DNA from: Deltaproteobacteria bacterium
GTDB lineage: Bacteria > Desulfobacterota > Binatia > Bin18
Direction of reading: 5' to 3'
Assembly (NCBI GenBank): GCA_009692435.1
Contig: SHZE01000003.1
Coordinates: 797-64,796, forward strand
DNA: 64,000 bases
Positions within the stretch are counted from its first letter, which is position 1; each line of letters opens with the position of its first letter. The notes beneath the pieces were generated by a model. The model was given only the letters and a program-made list of their open reading frames with translations. It did no database searches and had not been told where the DNA came from. Both the position numbers and the translations under genes were made by a program. This document shows positions 1 through 9,688 of the stretch, one piece after another.

Positions 1-178
1 CCAATCTTTATGGCAACTGCTGACCGGGAATGCCATTCGGCTGACACTCCCAAGCCGAGATGCGGGAGCCGGGCTTGTCCAGGCTCCTCTGTAACCCCAA
101 TGAAATCCGGGCTGGCGCTAGCCTAGCGAGAACCAGCTCGGTATAGTGACGCCATCGGGGCATCATGGAGGTTACGTC

Positions 179-412
179 ATGGCGAAGATGAAATCGCTCA
201 ATATTACTGTCCTTGTAGACGACATGCACAAGGATCATCTGCTCGACGTCGCGAAAAACTTGAAGGATCAAGGGTTTGTCGTGAATGCGTTGCTAGAGGA
301 AATCGGAGTGATCACCGGCAGTGTTCCATCCGCCGCGCTCGCGAAGCTGTCAACCGTTCCCGGAGTCTCAGCGGTGGAGCAAGAACGGACCGATTACCGA
401 ACCCAGCACTAA
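179..412 (+). CDS. small hypothetical protein (77 aa)
   Basis: ATG at 179 is preceded by GGAGG with a 7-nt spacer, so the track ORF (146..412) was trimmed to this start. No motif recognised. Confidence 0.45.
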   Translation: MAKMKSLNITVLVDDMHKDHLLDVAKNLKDQGFVVNALLEEIGVITGSVPSAALAKLSTVPGVSAVEQERTDYRTQH

Positions 413-472
413 TCCTCATTGAAACCGAATATGCCAAGGACGAGACCGCTTCGGGCCCCGTCCTCCTCGTCG

Positions 473-1657
473 TTAGGCCACCTCGAACAAGCCCGCCGCG
501 CCCATGCCGCCACCCACACACATAGTGATGACCACGTAACGCGCGCCGCGGCGTTTGCCTTCGATCAACGCATGGCCGACCATGCGTGTCCCGCTCATGC
601 CATACGGATGGCCAATGGAGATCGCACCACCGTTGACATTCATCCGTTCATTCGGAATGCCCAGCCGGTCGCGGCAATAGACCACCTGACACGCGAACGC
701 TTCGTTGAACTCCCAGAGATCAATATCTTCCATACGCAAGCCGTTACGTTGCAGCAGTTTCGGAACCGCGAAGACTGGTCCAATCCCCATCTCGTCCGGC
801 TCACACCCGGCCACCGCCATCCCGCGATAAATGCCGAGCGGTTGCAGGCCCCGTTGTTCAGCCTGCTTGCGTTCCATCAACACACAGGCCGCCACACCAT
901 CGGACAATTGGCTGGCATTGCCCGCGGTAATGAATCCGCCTGGTCCCATCACCGGAGGCAGTGAGGCCAGCCCGGATAAGGTCGTGCTAGGCCGGTTACA
1001 TTCATCGCGATCAAGCGTGAGTTCTTGTCGGGTGATCTTGCCACTGTCTTTGTCGGTAAACACTTTGATGACCGTGGTCGGAATGACCTCGGCATCGAAC
1101 CATCCGGCCCGCTGAGCTTCAGCGGTGCGCTGTTGACTCTGCAATGAATACTCGTCTTGAGCTTCGCGTGAGACCTTGTAGCGTTTGGAGACGGTTTCCG
1201 CCGTGTCGAGCATCGCCATGTAGAGCGCTGGGGCATGCTTGAGGGCAACCGCGTCTTCCTTACGAAACACGTTCTGATGGTCATTCTGCACAAGGCTAAT
1301 CGACTCGATCCCACTCGCGACCACAGTCTGCATCCCGTCAACAATAATCTGCTTCGCCGCCATGGACACGCTCATCAGTCCTGACGAGCATTGACGGTCG
1401 ATGGTCTGACCAGACACGCTCATGGGCAACCCGGCGGCAATGGCGCACTGCCGAGCGACATTATATCCCTGCGTCCCTTCTTGCAGCGCGGCGCCCATGA
1501 CGAGATCATCAATTTCACCGGGCTCTACTTTCGCCCGTTTCAGCACTTCCTGGATCACCGGGGCAGCCATGGTGGGTGCGGTGGTGTCGTTAAAAGCGCC
1601 ACGATACGCCTTCCCAATGGGTGTCCGGGCAGTGGAAACAATAACCGCTTCTCGCAT
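473..1657 (-). CDS. acetyl-CoA C-acetyltransferase (thiolase II)
   Basis: 394 aa. N-terminus is [22 protein letters not shown]. The catalytic Cys context (QCSSG) and the C-terminal GGGMG/CxG thiolase signatures are present. RBS GAGGAG lies upstream. Confidence 0.95.
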   Translation of the reverse strand: MREAVIVSTARTPIGKAYRGAFNDTTAPTMAAPVIQEVLKRAKVEPGEIDDLVMGAALQEGTQGYNVARQCAIAAGLPMSVSGQTIDRQCSSGLMSVSMAAKQIIVDGMQTVVASGIESISLVQNDHQNVFRKEDAVALKHAPALYMAMLDTAETVSKRYKVSREAQDEYSLQSQQRTAEAQRAGWFDAEVIPTTVIKVFTDKDSGKITRQELTLDRDECNRPSTTLSGLASLPPVMGPGGFITAGNASQLSDGVAACVLMERKQAEQRGLQPLGIYRGMAVAGCEPDEMGIGPVFAVPKLLQRNGLRMEDIDLWEFNEAFACQVVYCRDRLGIPNERMNVNGGAISIGHPYGMSGTRMVGHALIEGKRRGARYVVITMCVGGGMGAAGLFEVA

Positions 1658-1798
1658 ACAGAACTCCTCTCTGTGGAATCTTGGAATTTCGCCTCGGTGA
1701 GTACCGTTCTCACAATGAGGTCGAATAGAACGAATGGCCAGTACGATTTGGACAGGGTTGAGATCGTCATACCAGCGACGGCTGGCATCCAGGCGCGG

Positions 1799-1925
1799 TG
1801 TCCCGTGTCGTGCGGGACTGTTGGATTCCCACCTTCGCGGGAATGACGACTCTGCCCTTCTTTCGGTAAAAACCGACCCCTGAAAGCCCTTCTCCCCTCC
1901 GGGAGAGGGCCTTGCAGGACTGGGG
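1799..1925. repeat. cluster of three REP-like hairpins
   Basis: The three hairpins are gtcccg-N7-cgggac (1799..1817), attccc..gggaat (1825..1844, the widespread GGATTCCC...GGGAATGAC type) and cccttctccc-ctcc-gggagaggg (about 1889..1912). Confidence 0.6.
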
Positions 1926-1927
1926 TA

Positions 1928-3118
1928 TTACGCCGCAGTGGCGGCTGCGAGTTTTGCCTCGTCCGCTGCCGTGGGACCTGTGACCTTGTAGAGCTTCTGC
2001 GCGTTGCTCCACAGAATTTTGTGCTCGACTCCGGCCTCACAATCAGAGAGGCCACCTTTGATGCGTTCCGCCACATCCTTGCCATAGATTGACGTCGGAT
2101 GCGGGAAATCGGTCTCGAAGAGGATGTTATCGACCCCGACCTTATCAATCAGGCGACGAGGAGCGGTCTGCTCGAACCAATAACAGGCGTACACATTCCG
2201 CGCGAAGTATTCGGACGGCAGCATGGTGAATTCCGGTCGCTCTTCCGTTACCCGATTATCCTTGAACTGGTAATCCAGCGCTTCGAGCACGAACGGCACC
2301 CAGCCGATTCCACTCTCGACCGAGACGAACTTAATTTTGGGATAGCGGGCCAACACACCCGACATGATGAGGTCGTTCAATTGCATACCGTTACGCAGGA
2401 AGACATTGACCGAGATCTCGGTGAAGGTCGCCATGCGCCCATATTCCTTCATCTTTTCGCGCTGCATGCCGTCTTCCATATTACCCGAGCCAATGTGAAA
2501 GCTAATCGGCAGATCCAGCTCGACGGCGACTTCCCACAGTGGATTCCAATGCGGGTTCCCCAATAAGGGCTGCCCGAGCGATTGGGGATCGCCGGTAAAA
2601 AGAATCCCCTTGTGACCCATAGCCGCGCAGCGCCGCACTTCACGCACGGTCTCCTGCACGTCCCAAAACGGCGTCGAGACGATGGGCAACAAGCGACGCG
2701 AGTCCGCCGAGGCCCACTCGGTTTGCCAATCGTTGTAGGCTTGCACGCAGGCCAGTTTCAGTGCCGGGTCCGGTAACTTCAAGAACTGCTGATTGCCGAA
2801 ACCGCCGACGTTCGGGTACATCACCATGGCCCAGATGCCTAGCTCGTCCATGTACTTGAGACGCGCTTTGGCGTCATACGCCCCTGGGTGCATTTCCGCG
2901 TAGCTCTTGGGACGATTTTTCAGATCGCCCACGCCAGCGGTGGCCGTGAGTCCTGGATCGGCAATGCGCTTATCGCCCAAGTACCACCACAGGTTGCCAC
3001 GGGCATCGGTATCGACACGGGGGACCGCATCGCGCATGTGGGCAGGGACCCGACTCGTCCACACATCGGGCATTTCGGTCACATGGGTATCAACGTCAAT
3101 GATTTTGTAGCCACTCAT
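1928..3118 (-). CDS. amidohydrolase-2 (ACMSD-like) family metal-dependent hydrolase
   Basis: MSGYKIIDVDTHVTE is a typical amidohydrolase_2 N-terminus, and a FETDFPH motif lies near the C-terminus. ATG at 3118 follows AGGAGGAAGG. The 156-codon upstream extension in the track runs through the repeat region. Confidence 0.85.
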   Translation of the reverse strand: MSGYKIIDVDTHVTEMPDVWTSRVPAHMRDAVPRVDTDARGNLWWYLGDKRIADPGLTATAGVGDLKNRPKSYAEMHPGAYDAKARLKYMDELGIWAMVMYPNVGGFGNQQFLKLPDPALKLACVQAYNDWQTEWASADSRRLLPIVSTPFWDVQETVREVRRCAAMGHKGILFTGDPQSLGQPLLGNPHWNPLWEVAVELDLPISFHIGSGNMEDGMQREKMKEYGRMATFTEISVNVFLRNGMQLNDLIMSGVLARYPKIKFVSVESGIGWVPFVLEALDYQFKDNRVTEERPEFTMLPSEYFARNVYACYWFEQTAPRRLIDKVGVDNILFETDFPHPTSIYGKDVAERIKGGLSDCEAGVEHKILWSNAQKLYKVTGPTAADEAKLAAATAA

Positions 3119-3214
3119 AGCCTTCCTCCTTTGGCTGCTGTCCGAGTTGACTCGACCTCTATTCTCCGAAGGCATAGACGGGCTGGGCGGGGAAGTCAAG
3201 GTAAACGGAAGGAC

Positions 3215-3340
3215 GGGGAACAGGGGACAGGGGTCGGGGGACAGGGGCCGGTTCAGAAACTGGAAATTAATTTTACCCGTCCCAAGTCTCCAGTCTCTAA
3301 TCACAAGCCTCCTGCCCCCTGTTCCCCGTCCCCCGTCCCC
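3215..3340. repeat. inverted G-tract / C-tract arms (GGGGACA words) in a divergent promoter region
   Basis: Five G4-5 tracts lie at 3215..3247 and four C4-5 tracts at 3315..3340. There is a 14-bp perfect complement acggggaacagggg/cccctgttccccgt. Confidence 0.7.
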
Positions 3341-3421
3341 TGTCTTCTTCCAGGCCCCTGCCTTGCACGACGAATCATGGTACTTGTCAGCCAACAATTG
3401 GCCATTCAGTAAGGAGGTTTT

Positions 3422-4297
3422 ATGGATATTGGCAAAGTCGGCATTTGGTTTTTCCTCGACGCCATGACGGCACCGGACAGCGCGAAGTTCGCGCAAGCAG
3501 TGGAAAAGGCGGGCTACAAAGCTCTGTGGATTCCAGAGGCGGTCGGACGCGAACCGTTCGCGCATGCGACCTATCTTTTGGATCACACTGAGCGACTCTT
3601 CATCGCCACGGGGATCGCGAATATCTGGGCTCGCGATGCGATTACAATGGCCGCAGCATCAAAAACCGTGGCGGAACTCTCAGGGGGACGGTTCGTCCTG
3701 GGAATTGGTGTGAGTCACAAGCCATTAGTGTTGAACTTGCGCGGCCATAGCTATGAAAAGCCGTACAGCTATATGAAAGACTATCTCCCCAAGATGAAGA
3801 GTGCCCTCTATCGCGCTCCAGAGCCCAAAGAAGAAGTCCCGATTGTCCTGGCCGCGCTGCATCCCAAAATGCTCGCCCTCTGCGCGGAACAAACCCAAGG
3901 GACACATACCTATTTCGTCCCGCCAGAGCATACCGCCAAGGTCCGTGCCCAAATCGGTCCCAAACCTTGGATCTGCGCCGCGCAGGCGGTGATTCTGGAA
4001 AAGGACGCGACCAAGGCACGCACGATGGCGCGGCAATATATGAAGACGTATGTCCCACGGCTGCCAAACTATACGAACAACCTGAAAGCGCTGGGTTATG
4101 GCGACGCGGAATTCGCCAATGGCTGTAGCGACCGCTTGGTCGATGACATCGTCGCGTGGGGCAGTGAAGAAAAGATTCAAGACCGCATCGACGCGCACTT
4201 GAAAGCGGGCGCCACGCACGTCTGTATTTTACCGATCCGCGCGGACAATGAGACACTGCCGGACATGCGGGTCGTGGAGACCTTCGCGCCCAAATAA
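3422..4297 (+). CDS. LLM-class (luciferase-like) F420-dependent oxidoreductase
   Basis: 291 aa. N-terminus MDIGKVGIWFF..AGYKALWIPEAVGREPF is typical of the TIGR03620-type LLM family. RBS AAGGAGG. Confidence 0.85.
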   Translation: MDIGKVGIWFFLDAMTAPDSAKFAQAVEKAGYKALWIPEAVGREPFAHATYLLDHTERLFIATGIANIWARDAITMAAASKTVAELSGGRFVLGIGVSHKPLVLNLRGHSYEKPYSYMKDYLPKMKSALYRAPEPKEEVPIVLAALHPKMLALCAEQTQGTHTYFVPPEHTAKVRAQIGPKPWICAAQAVILEKDATKARTMARQYMKTYVPRLPNYTNNLKALGYGDAEFANGCSDRLVDDIVAWGSEEKIQDRIDAHLKAGATHVCILPIRADNETLPDMRVVETFAPK

Positions 4298-4320
4298 GCG
4301 CGTCTGACACGAGGATACCG

Positions 4321-4435
4321 GCGGATGGCTCGCTCCGCAGGGGCTTCATGGCTTATGGCTCATGGCCTATGGCCTATGGCCAGAAACACGGGACATGAAA
4401 TCAGCGCGGTGAACAAGCCATCCGCCATGAGTCTA
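4321..4435. repeat. composite palindromic element, TATGGC-word family, copy A
   Basis: The terminal inverted repeat gcggatggct...agccatccgc flanks (C/T)ATGGC(C/T) tandem words. It is alignable with 62029..62163. Confidence 0.7.
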
Positions 4436-4516
4436 AGAACTGATGCGCCAAGCGCATCTTATGGTTTCCCCATTTTTGCCTTTTGCCTTTTGATTTTTGC
4501 TTGAGGAACATCCCCT

Positions 4517-6076
4517 ATGACATCTCCACTCCCCAGCGACCTGCCTCCTTCCGAACAGAGTAGTCGCGTCGAAACTGTCGATAACATCGACTTACTCCTC
4601 GAAGTGCTGCCCCCTGTCGTCCGTGAGGCCCTTGGGCACGGTCCGCAACTCCAGTCCCTCTTGGAGATCGTCATCGACTTGGGCCGTCCGCCGGAAGCTC
4701 GCTATACAAACCGCACCGTCTATCTGCGCGAGGGCCCGATCAACCGCGAGGACTTGCAGTTCATCGTCTCTCGGGTCGGCACCTTCACGCATGATAACCG
4801 CGCGGGCATTCCTAGCACGTTGCACCGCATTTCGGCGCTCCGTAATCGCACCGGAGACATCATTGGCCTCACGTGCCGTGTGGGGCGCGCGGTGTTTGGC
4901 ACCGTCAATATCGTCAAGGACATCATCATCACGCAAGACGAGAAGAGCGTGCTGCTGCTGGGTCCGCCTGGCGTGGGGAAGACCACGCTGTTACGTGAAG
5001 CCGCTCGTGTTCTTGCTGATGAAGCGGAAAAACGAGTGATCGTCGTGGATACGTCCAACGAAATCGCCGGGGATGGAGATATTCCCCACCCCGCCATCGG
5101 TCGCGCGCGCCGCATGCAAGTGCCGTCCCCTGAATTACAACACAAAGTCATGATCGAAGCGGTCGAGAATCACATGCCCGAAGTGATCGTCGTCGATGAG
5201 ATTGGCACGGAAGCGGAAGCGACCGCGGCCCGCACGATTGCTGAACGTGGAGTGCGCCTGATCGCCACGGCGCACGGTAGTGCGTTGGAAAATCTGATTC
5301 AGAATCCCACATTGGCTGACTTGATCGGCGGTATTCAGTCAGTCACCCTTGGTGATGACGAAGCGCGACGACGCGGTACGCAGAAGACCGTGCTTGAACG
5401 CAAAGCCCCGCCCACATTCGACGTGCTCATTGAGATTCATGATCGCACCCATTTCGCGGTGCATCACGATGTCGCCGAAGCGGTGGACGCCTTTCTGCGT
5501 GGGCGGCCACCACGGATGGAAATGCGCGCGCATCAACACGATGGACATATCGAGATCACGCAGGTCACTCCACCGCCAACCCTATCGTCGGTACCCACCC
5601 CGGAGTCACAATCGGACCGGCGCAAAGTGCTGCGCATCTTTCCTTACGGCATTAACCGCCATCGCCTCGAAGAGGTGGTGCGTGATCTGGATGCACCCGC
5701 ACGCCTGGTGTCACATCCGTCTCAAGCCGATATCGTCGTGACCGTCAAAGGCCAACTCAAACGTCAGCCACGAGAATTGCGTGTCCTCATCGAACAAGGA
5801 CTCTCTCTCTACACGCTCCGCAGTGACACGATGATGCAGATGGGGAAGTTTCTCCGCGAACGGCTCGCGGAATCGTTTCCTGAAGACCAATCGGCCGTCG
5901 CGGACACCGAGGCCGCCGTCGAACAGGTGATCGAACACAACGAGCCCGTGGAACTCGCCCCCCGGAAGCCACGCCTGCGTCGCTTGCAACATGAGGTCGT
6001 GAAGCGTCACGGGTTGCTCTCCAAAAGTGAGGGAGAGGAACCGTTTCGTCGGCTGGTGGTGTATCCAGCGCCGTAG
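4517..6076 (+). CDS. AAA ATPase with C-terminal R3H domain (Ycf45/SpoIIIAA-like)
   Basis: Walker [10 protein letters not shown] and Walker B VIVVDEIG are present. The C-terminus has an R3H-like [31 protein letters not shown]. Confidence 0.85.
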   Translation: MTSPLPSDLPPSEQSSRVETVDNIDLLLEVLPPVVREALGHGPQLQSLLEIVIDLGRPPEARYTNRTVYLREGPINREDLQFIVSRVGTFTHDNRAGIPSTLHRISALRNRTGDIIGLTCRVGRAVFGTVNIVKDIIITQDEKSVLLLGPPGVGKTTLLREAARVLADEAEKRVIVVDTSNEIAGDGDIPHPAIGRARRMQVPSPELQHKVMIEAVENHMPEVIVVDEIGTEAEATAARTIAERGVRLIATAHGSALENLIQNPTLADLIGGIQSVTLGDDEARRRGTQKTVLERKAPPTFDVLIEIHDRTHFAVHHDVAEAVDAFLRGRPPRMEMRAHQHDGHIEITQVTPPPTLSSVPTPESQSDRRKVLRIFPYGINRHRLEEVVRDLDAPARLVSHPSQADIVVTVKGQLKRQPRELRVLIEQGLSLYTLRSDTMMQMGKFLRERLAESFPEDQSAVADTEAAVEQVIEHNEPVELAPRKPRLRRLQHEVVKRHGLLSKSEGEEPFRRLVVYPAP

Positions 6077-6079
6077 TCG

Positions 6080-6622
6080 CTACGGCTGCTCGTCTTCACC
6101 AGCGGCCACGGCCATCGACATCATCGGAGGGGAGAGGGTCGGCACGTAGGCGACCTTGAATTGATACTGCTCCACCAATTGCGACTCGAGATAAAGACTG
6201 CTGCGCGCTTCGGACAGTGCGCGCTTCAGAACTTGATCCACCCACAGCACAATCTGTTCATGCTCACGCACGAAGTTGTCCACAACGGCTTCCAGATACG
6301 CGCGCGCTTTCGTGCCGACCAGGTTGCCCTTGTCGTCCACCGGAAGCCAGAGCACAACAGTCGTGAGGTTCTCCTTGTCACCGCCAGCTTGCACGAGACC
6401 GGCATTATCCGGGAGGCGCGCCTCTTGGGTTCCTTGCGTACTTCCTGAACGCGGAGCGAAGGTGACTGGACTTCCGACTTTTTCTAGCCCTTTGCGAAGA
6501 GTTTCTTGGGATACGTCGAGACGACGGGTCGCGGAGAAGTCCGCGGCGTGGACGGTTGGACAAAAAAGCGGAAGTGCGAGAGACAGAGCAAAAAGGGACG
6601 TGATGTCGAGTCTCTTTTTCAA
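6080..6622 (-). CDS. secreted hypothetical protein
   Basis: TTG start. The signal peptide is MKKRLDITSLFALSLALPLFCPTVHA-AD. No family recognised. Confidence 0.6.
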   Translation of the reverse strand: MKKRLDITSLFALSLALPLFCPTVHAADFSATRRLDVSQETLRKGLEKVGSPVTFAPRSGSTQGTQEARLPDNAGLVQAGGDKENLTTVVLWLPVDDKGNLVGTKARAYLEAVVDNFVREHEQIVLWVDQVLKRALSEARSSLYLESQLVEQYQFKVAYVPTLSPPMMSMAVAAGEDEQP

Positions 6623-6646
6623 TTCTCTGTCTCCCCGCTGTTGGCC

Positions 6647-7876
6647 TTACGCGCCAATCACCATCGCGACCGTCGTCGTCCCAGAGCCGCCGATGTTCAG
6701 CGTAGCGATCTTCTTCGCGCCTTCGATCTGGTACTCCCCAGCGGTGCCCATCACTTGATGGCACGCGTCAAGTGCCTGGCGCGTCCCGGTGGCGCCCACC
6801 GGATGGCCACCACCAATCAGCCCACCACTGGCATTGATCGGCAGTTTGCTCCCAAATTCAATGACGCCCTCTTCAATCGCTTTCCAGCCTTCACCAGGCT
6901 TGGTCAGCCCAAAATGGTCAATCGCCATGTATTCCGAGGTGGTGAAGCAATCATGGGTTTCAATCCCTTGCACGCCCCATACGTCCGCGACCCCGGCACG
7001 ACGGAACGCATCCACGATCGCCTGGCGCGTATGCGGCAACACATAGGGGCTGTTCTTGCTCTCAGCCACCTTGGAGTCAAACCGCATCGGTGCCGTACGA
7101 TGGCCCCAACCAAGAATGCGTGGCAATTGTTCGAGTTTCAAACCACGCCGCGCGGCGTATGTCCGAGCAAAAGATTCCGAGGCAAGAAAGAGAGACGCGG
7201 CACCATCGGTGACTTGTGAGCAGTCACGCACTTTCAAGCGCCCGGCGACCGGGTTCGCGTATTTGCCGGACGTGAGGTTCTGGGTCTCGTTGGTGAACCA
7301 TCCACGGGTTTGGGCTTTCGGGTTCCGGCGAGCATTGGAAAAGTTGATTTCGGCGATGCGCGCGAGGTGCTCGTCCTTGAGGCCAAATCGTTTCTCATAC
7401 TCGTCACCGAGCCGGCCAAAGAGTTTCGGGAAAGGAAACTCCACGCCTTTGGCTTCTTGGTCATACCAGGCAGCCGTGCCAAGGAAGTCCCCGCCAGTCG
7501 CGGGGTCCACGGTCTTCATCTGTTCGACACCCAGAATCAATGCCAGATTGTAACGACCCGCTTCAATTTCCGCCCCGGCCATCATCATCGACACACTGCC
7601 AGAGGCACACGCGGCCTCGTGGCGCGAGGTGGGAATTCCCGACATGGCGGGATCAATCTCCGCCAAGAAGCCACCTAAGTGCCCCTGCTTGCAATAAAGT
7701 TCAGCGGCGAAATTACCAACGTGCGCGACTTCGACTTCTTTCGGATCAATTCCTGTCGCCGCAAAGCCTTGCTCGACCGACTCTTTCATCATGGCGACCA
7801 CATCGCCGCCTTCCTTCATCCAATTACGCGCGAAATCAGTTTGATACCCACCTAGAATGTAGACCGGTGCAGCCAT
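6647..7876 (-). CDS. thiolase-like protein (SCP-x / non-specific thiolase type)
   Basis: MAAPVYILGGYQTDFARNW starts at ATG 7876 behind GGAGGAAGA. The thiolase C-terminal GGSGTT-type region is present. Confidence 0.9.
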   Translation of the reverse strand: MAAPVYILGGYQTDFARNWMKEGGDVVAMMKESVEQGFAATGIDPKEVEVAHVGNFAAELYCKQGHLGGFLAEIDPAMSGIPTSRHEAACASGSVSMMMAGAEIEAGRYNLALILGVEQMKTVDPATGGDFLGTAAWYDQEAKGVEFPFPKLFGRLGDEYEKRFGLKDEHLARIAEINFSNARRNPKAQTRGWFTNETQNLTSGKYANPVAGRLKVRDCSQVTDGAASLFLASESFARTYAARRGLKLEQLPRILGWGHRTAPMRFDSKVAESKNSPYVLPHTRQAIVDAFRRAGVADVWGVQGIETHDCFTTSEYMAIDHFGLTKPGEGWKAIEEGVIEFGSKLPINASGGLIGGGHPVGATGTRQALDACHQVMGTAGEYQIEGAKKIATLNIGGSGTTTVAMVIGA

Positions 7877-7949
7877 CTCTTCCTCCTTGAAACGGAATCC
7901 CTTTGTCCTAGCGGTTCGCTGCCGGGAGGTCAACAAACGGTGCTCCCGC

Positions 7950-8903
7950 TTACGAATTTCTCAATAGCACCTTGAGCACGCCGGACTCAGCCGCCCGATT
8001 CACCGCGGCGATACCGTCGCTCAGCGAATACGTTGCCGTAATTAGCGGAGTGACCGCGACTTGCGTGTGGGCCAGCGCGTGCAACGCAGGCGGGAACCGA
8101 CCACAACGCGAACCGATCATCGTCACTTCGTTAATCACCAACGGTGCCAGCGACAACGCATGTTCTTGAGCAACCGTACTTTTCAGCACGAGCGTGCCGC
8201 GTGGTCGCACGGTTGCCATCGCCAGAGTGAGCCCACTGGTCGAGCCGGTCGCTTCAACCACGACCTCAACCAGGCGCGGGGTCCACTCGGATAGCAGCAT
8301 CGTCACTATTCCACTGCGACGCGCAAGCGCAAGTTTTTTCGCATGTCTCCCAACCAGTGTGACCCGTGCGCCAACACTGTGCAGGACTTGCGCGCACAAC
8401 AGTCCTAGCTTTCCGTCGCCAAACACCACAACCTCGGTATCTGGCTTGAGGTCGAGTTGTTCGAGAATCTCGAACGCGGCGGCAAGCGGTTCAGTGAAAA
8501 CCGCTTCCTCGTCGCTCACGTTCGCGGGTACGAGATGTAAGTTCTCAACCGGAACGGCGAGATACTCAGCGAAACTTCCGTCCGCGTTGAGAATGCCCAT
8601 CACCTGACGAGTAGGACAATGACGCTGAAGGTTTTGCGCGCACAACGCACACCTGCCACACGCGAAGTTGATCTCCCCAACAACCCGTTGCCCTTGCAGG
8701 GTGCCCGGTCCATCGACAACCGTGCCCACGAATTCATGTCCGGGAATACCGGAAAACCCCATGTAGCCGCGCAGAATCTGCAAATCGGTCGAGCAGATCC
8801 CCGCAAGCGAGACTTTCACCACAGCGTTCCCCGCGGTTAGTTTCGGTTCAGGATGCGTCGGTCGCACCCGCAGGGAATGTCCATCCCAATGTAATGCCCG
8901 CAC
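7950..8903 (-). CDS. zinc-binding alcohol dehydrogenase (MDR) family protein
   Basis: GICSTDLQILRGY..GHEFVG is the zinc ligand pattern, and CGRCALC is the structural zinc motif. The start is GTG and the RBS is weak. Confidence 0.85.
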   Translation of the reverse strand: MRALHWDGHSLRVRPTHPEPKLTAGNAVVKVSLAGICSTDLQILRGYMGFSGIPGHEFVGTVVDGPGTLQGQRVVGEINFACGRCALCAQNLQRHCPTRQVMGILNADGSFAEYLAVPVENLHLVPANVSDEEAVFTEPLAAAFEILEQLDLKPDTEVVVFGDGKLGLLCAQVLHSVGARVTLVGRHAKKLALARRSGIVTMLLSEWTPRLVEVVVEATGSTSGLTLAMATVRPRGTLVLKSTVAQEHALSLAPLVINEVTMIGSRCGRFPPALHALAHTQVAVTPLITATYSLSDGIAAVNRAAESGVLKVLLRNS

Positions 8904-8917
8904 GGTACGTCGTTCTT

Positions 8918-9673
8918 TTACGTCGTCTTCTTCCCAGTAAAGAACGGCGCGAACAGATCAATCGGCACGGGAAAGATCGTGGTCGAATTATTCTCTGTCG
9001 CGATCTCCGCGAGTGTCTGCAAATAGCGCAATTGCAACGCGACGGGATGCTGTTCAATGATCACCGAGGCATCGGCAAGCCGCTGCGCGGCCTGAAATTC
9101 GCCTTCGGCATTGATTATTTTTGCTCGTCGTTCACGTTCGGCCTCGGCTTGTTTGGCGATGGCGCGTTGCATCTCTTGAGGCAAATCAATGTGTTTGATT
9201 TCCACCAACGACACCTTGATCCCCCACGCGTCGGTTTGGGTGTCGAGTATTTCCTGCAAGCGTGAGTTGATTTTGTCACGTTCCGCCAACAAATCGTCGA
9301 GTTCCGCTTGTCCACAAATGCTCCGTAACGTCGTCTGCGCGAGCTGCGAGGTGGCGAACAGATAATTCTCGATCTGCACAATCGCTCGGTTCGGATCAAC
9401 CACCCGAAAATAGAGCACGGCGTTGACTTTGACGGAGACGTTATCCCGCGTAATCACATCTTGTGGGGGAACATCCATCGTGATCGTCCGCATGTCGATT
9501 TTCATCATCTTCTCGACAAAAGGAATGACATACGTCACTCCCGGTCCACGAAACTCCTGGAGTCGGCCCAGGCGAAAGACAACCCCGCGTTCGTATTCCG
9601 GAACGACCTTGAGAAAACTGGCAATGAAAATCAGGACGAATACCCCAATGACAATCGGACTCAACTCGATCAT
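8918..9673 (-). CDS. SPFH/Band 7 (stomatin-like) membrane protein
   Basis: An N-terminal TM segment is followed by the SPFH core ([24 protein letters not shown]). It lies immediately downstream of an NfeD gene, which is the classic operon arrangement. Confidence 0.9.
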   Translation of the reverse strand: MIELSPIVIGVFVLIFIASFLKVVPEYERGVVFRLGRLQEFRGPGVTYVIPFVEKMMKIDMRTITMDVPPQDVITRDNVSVKVNAVLYFRVVDPNRAIVQIENYLFATSQLAQTTLRSICGQAELDDLLAERDKINSRLQEILDTQTDAWGIKVSLVEIKHIDLPQEMQRAIAKQAEAERERRAKIINAEGEFQAAQRLADASVIIEQHPVALQLRYLQTLAEIATENNSTTIFPVPIDLFAPFFTGKKTT

Positions 9674-9688
9674 GACTCCCCCTTTCCT

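Noticed and set aside
8-271. An 87-aa minus-strand ORF at the window edge, and a possible + strand partial ORF ending at 126
   Set aside because: There are no motifs. The minus-strand ORF overlaps the better-supported small + strand gene, and the edge fragment is too short to evaluate.
419-964. A 181-aa + strand ORF
   Set aside because: It is antisense to the thiolase gene. The sequence is low-complexity and His/Arg/Ala-rich.
3119-3586. The 156-codon N-terminal extension of the amidohydrolase ORF (track 1928..3586)
   Set aside because: The extension is translated from the G-tract/C-tract repeat and promoter spacer. The family-typical N-terminus MSGYKIIDVDTH starts at ATG 3118, which has a strong RBS.
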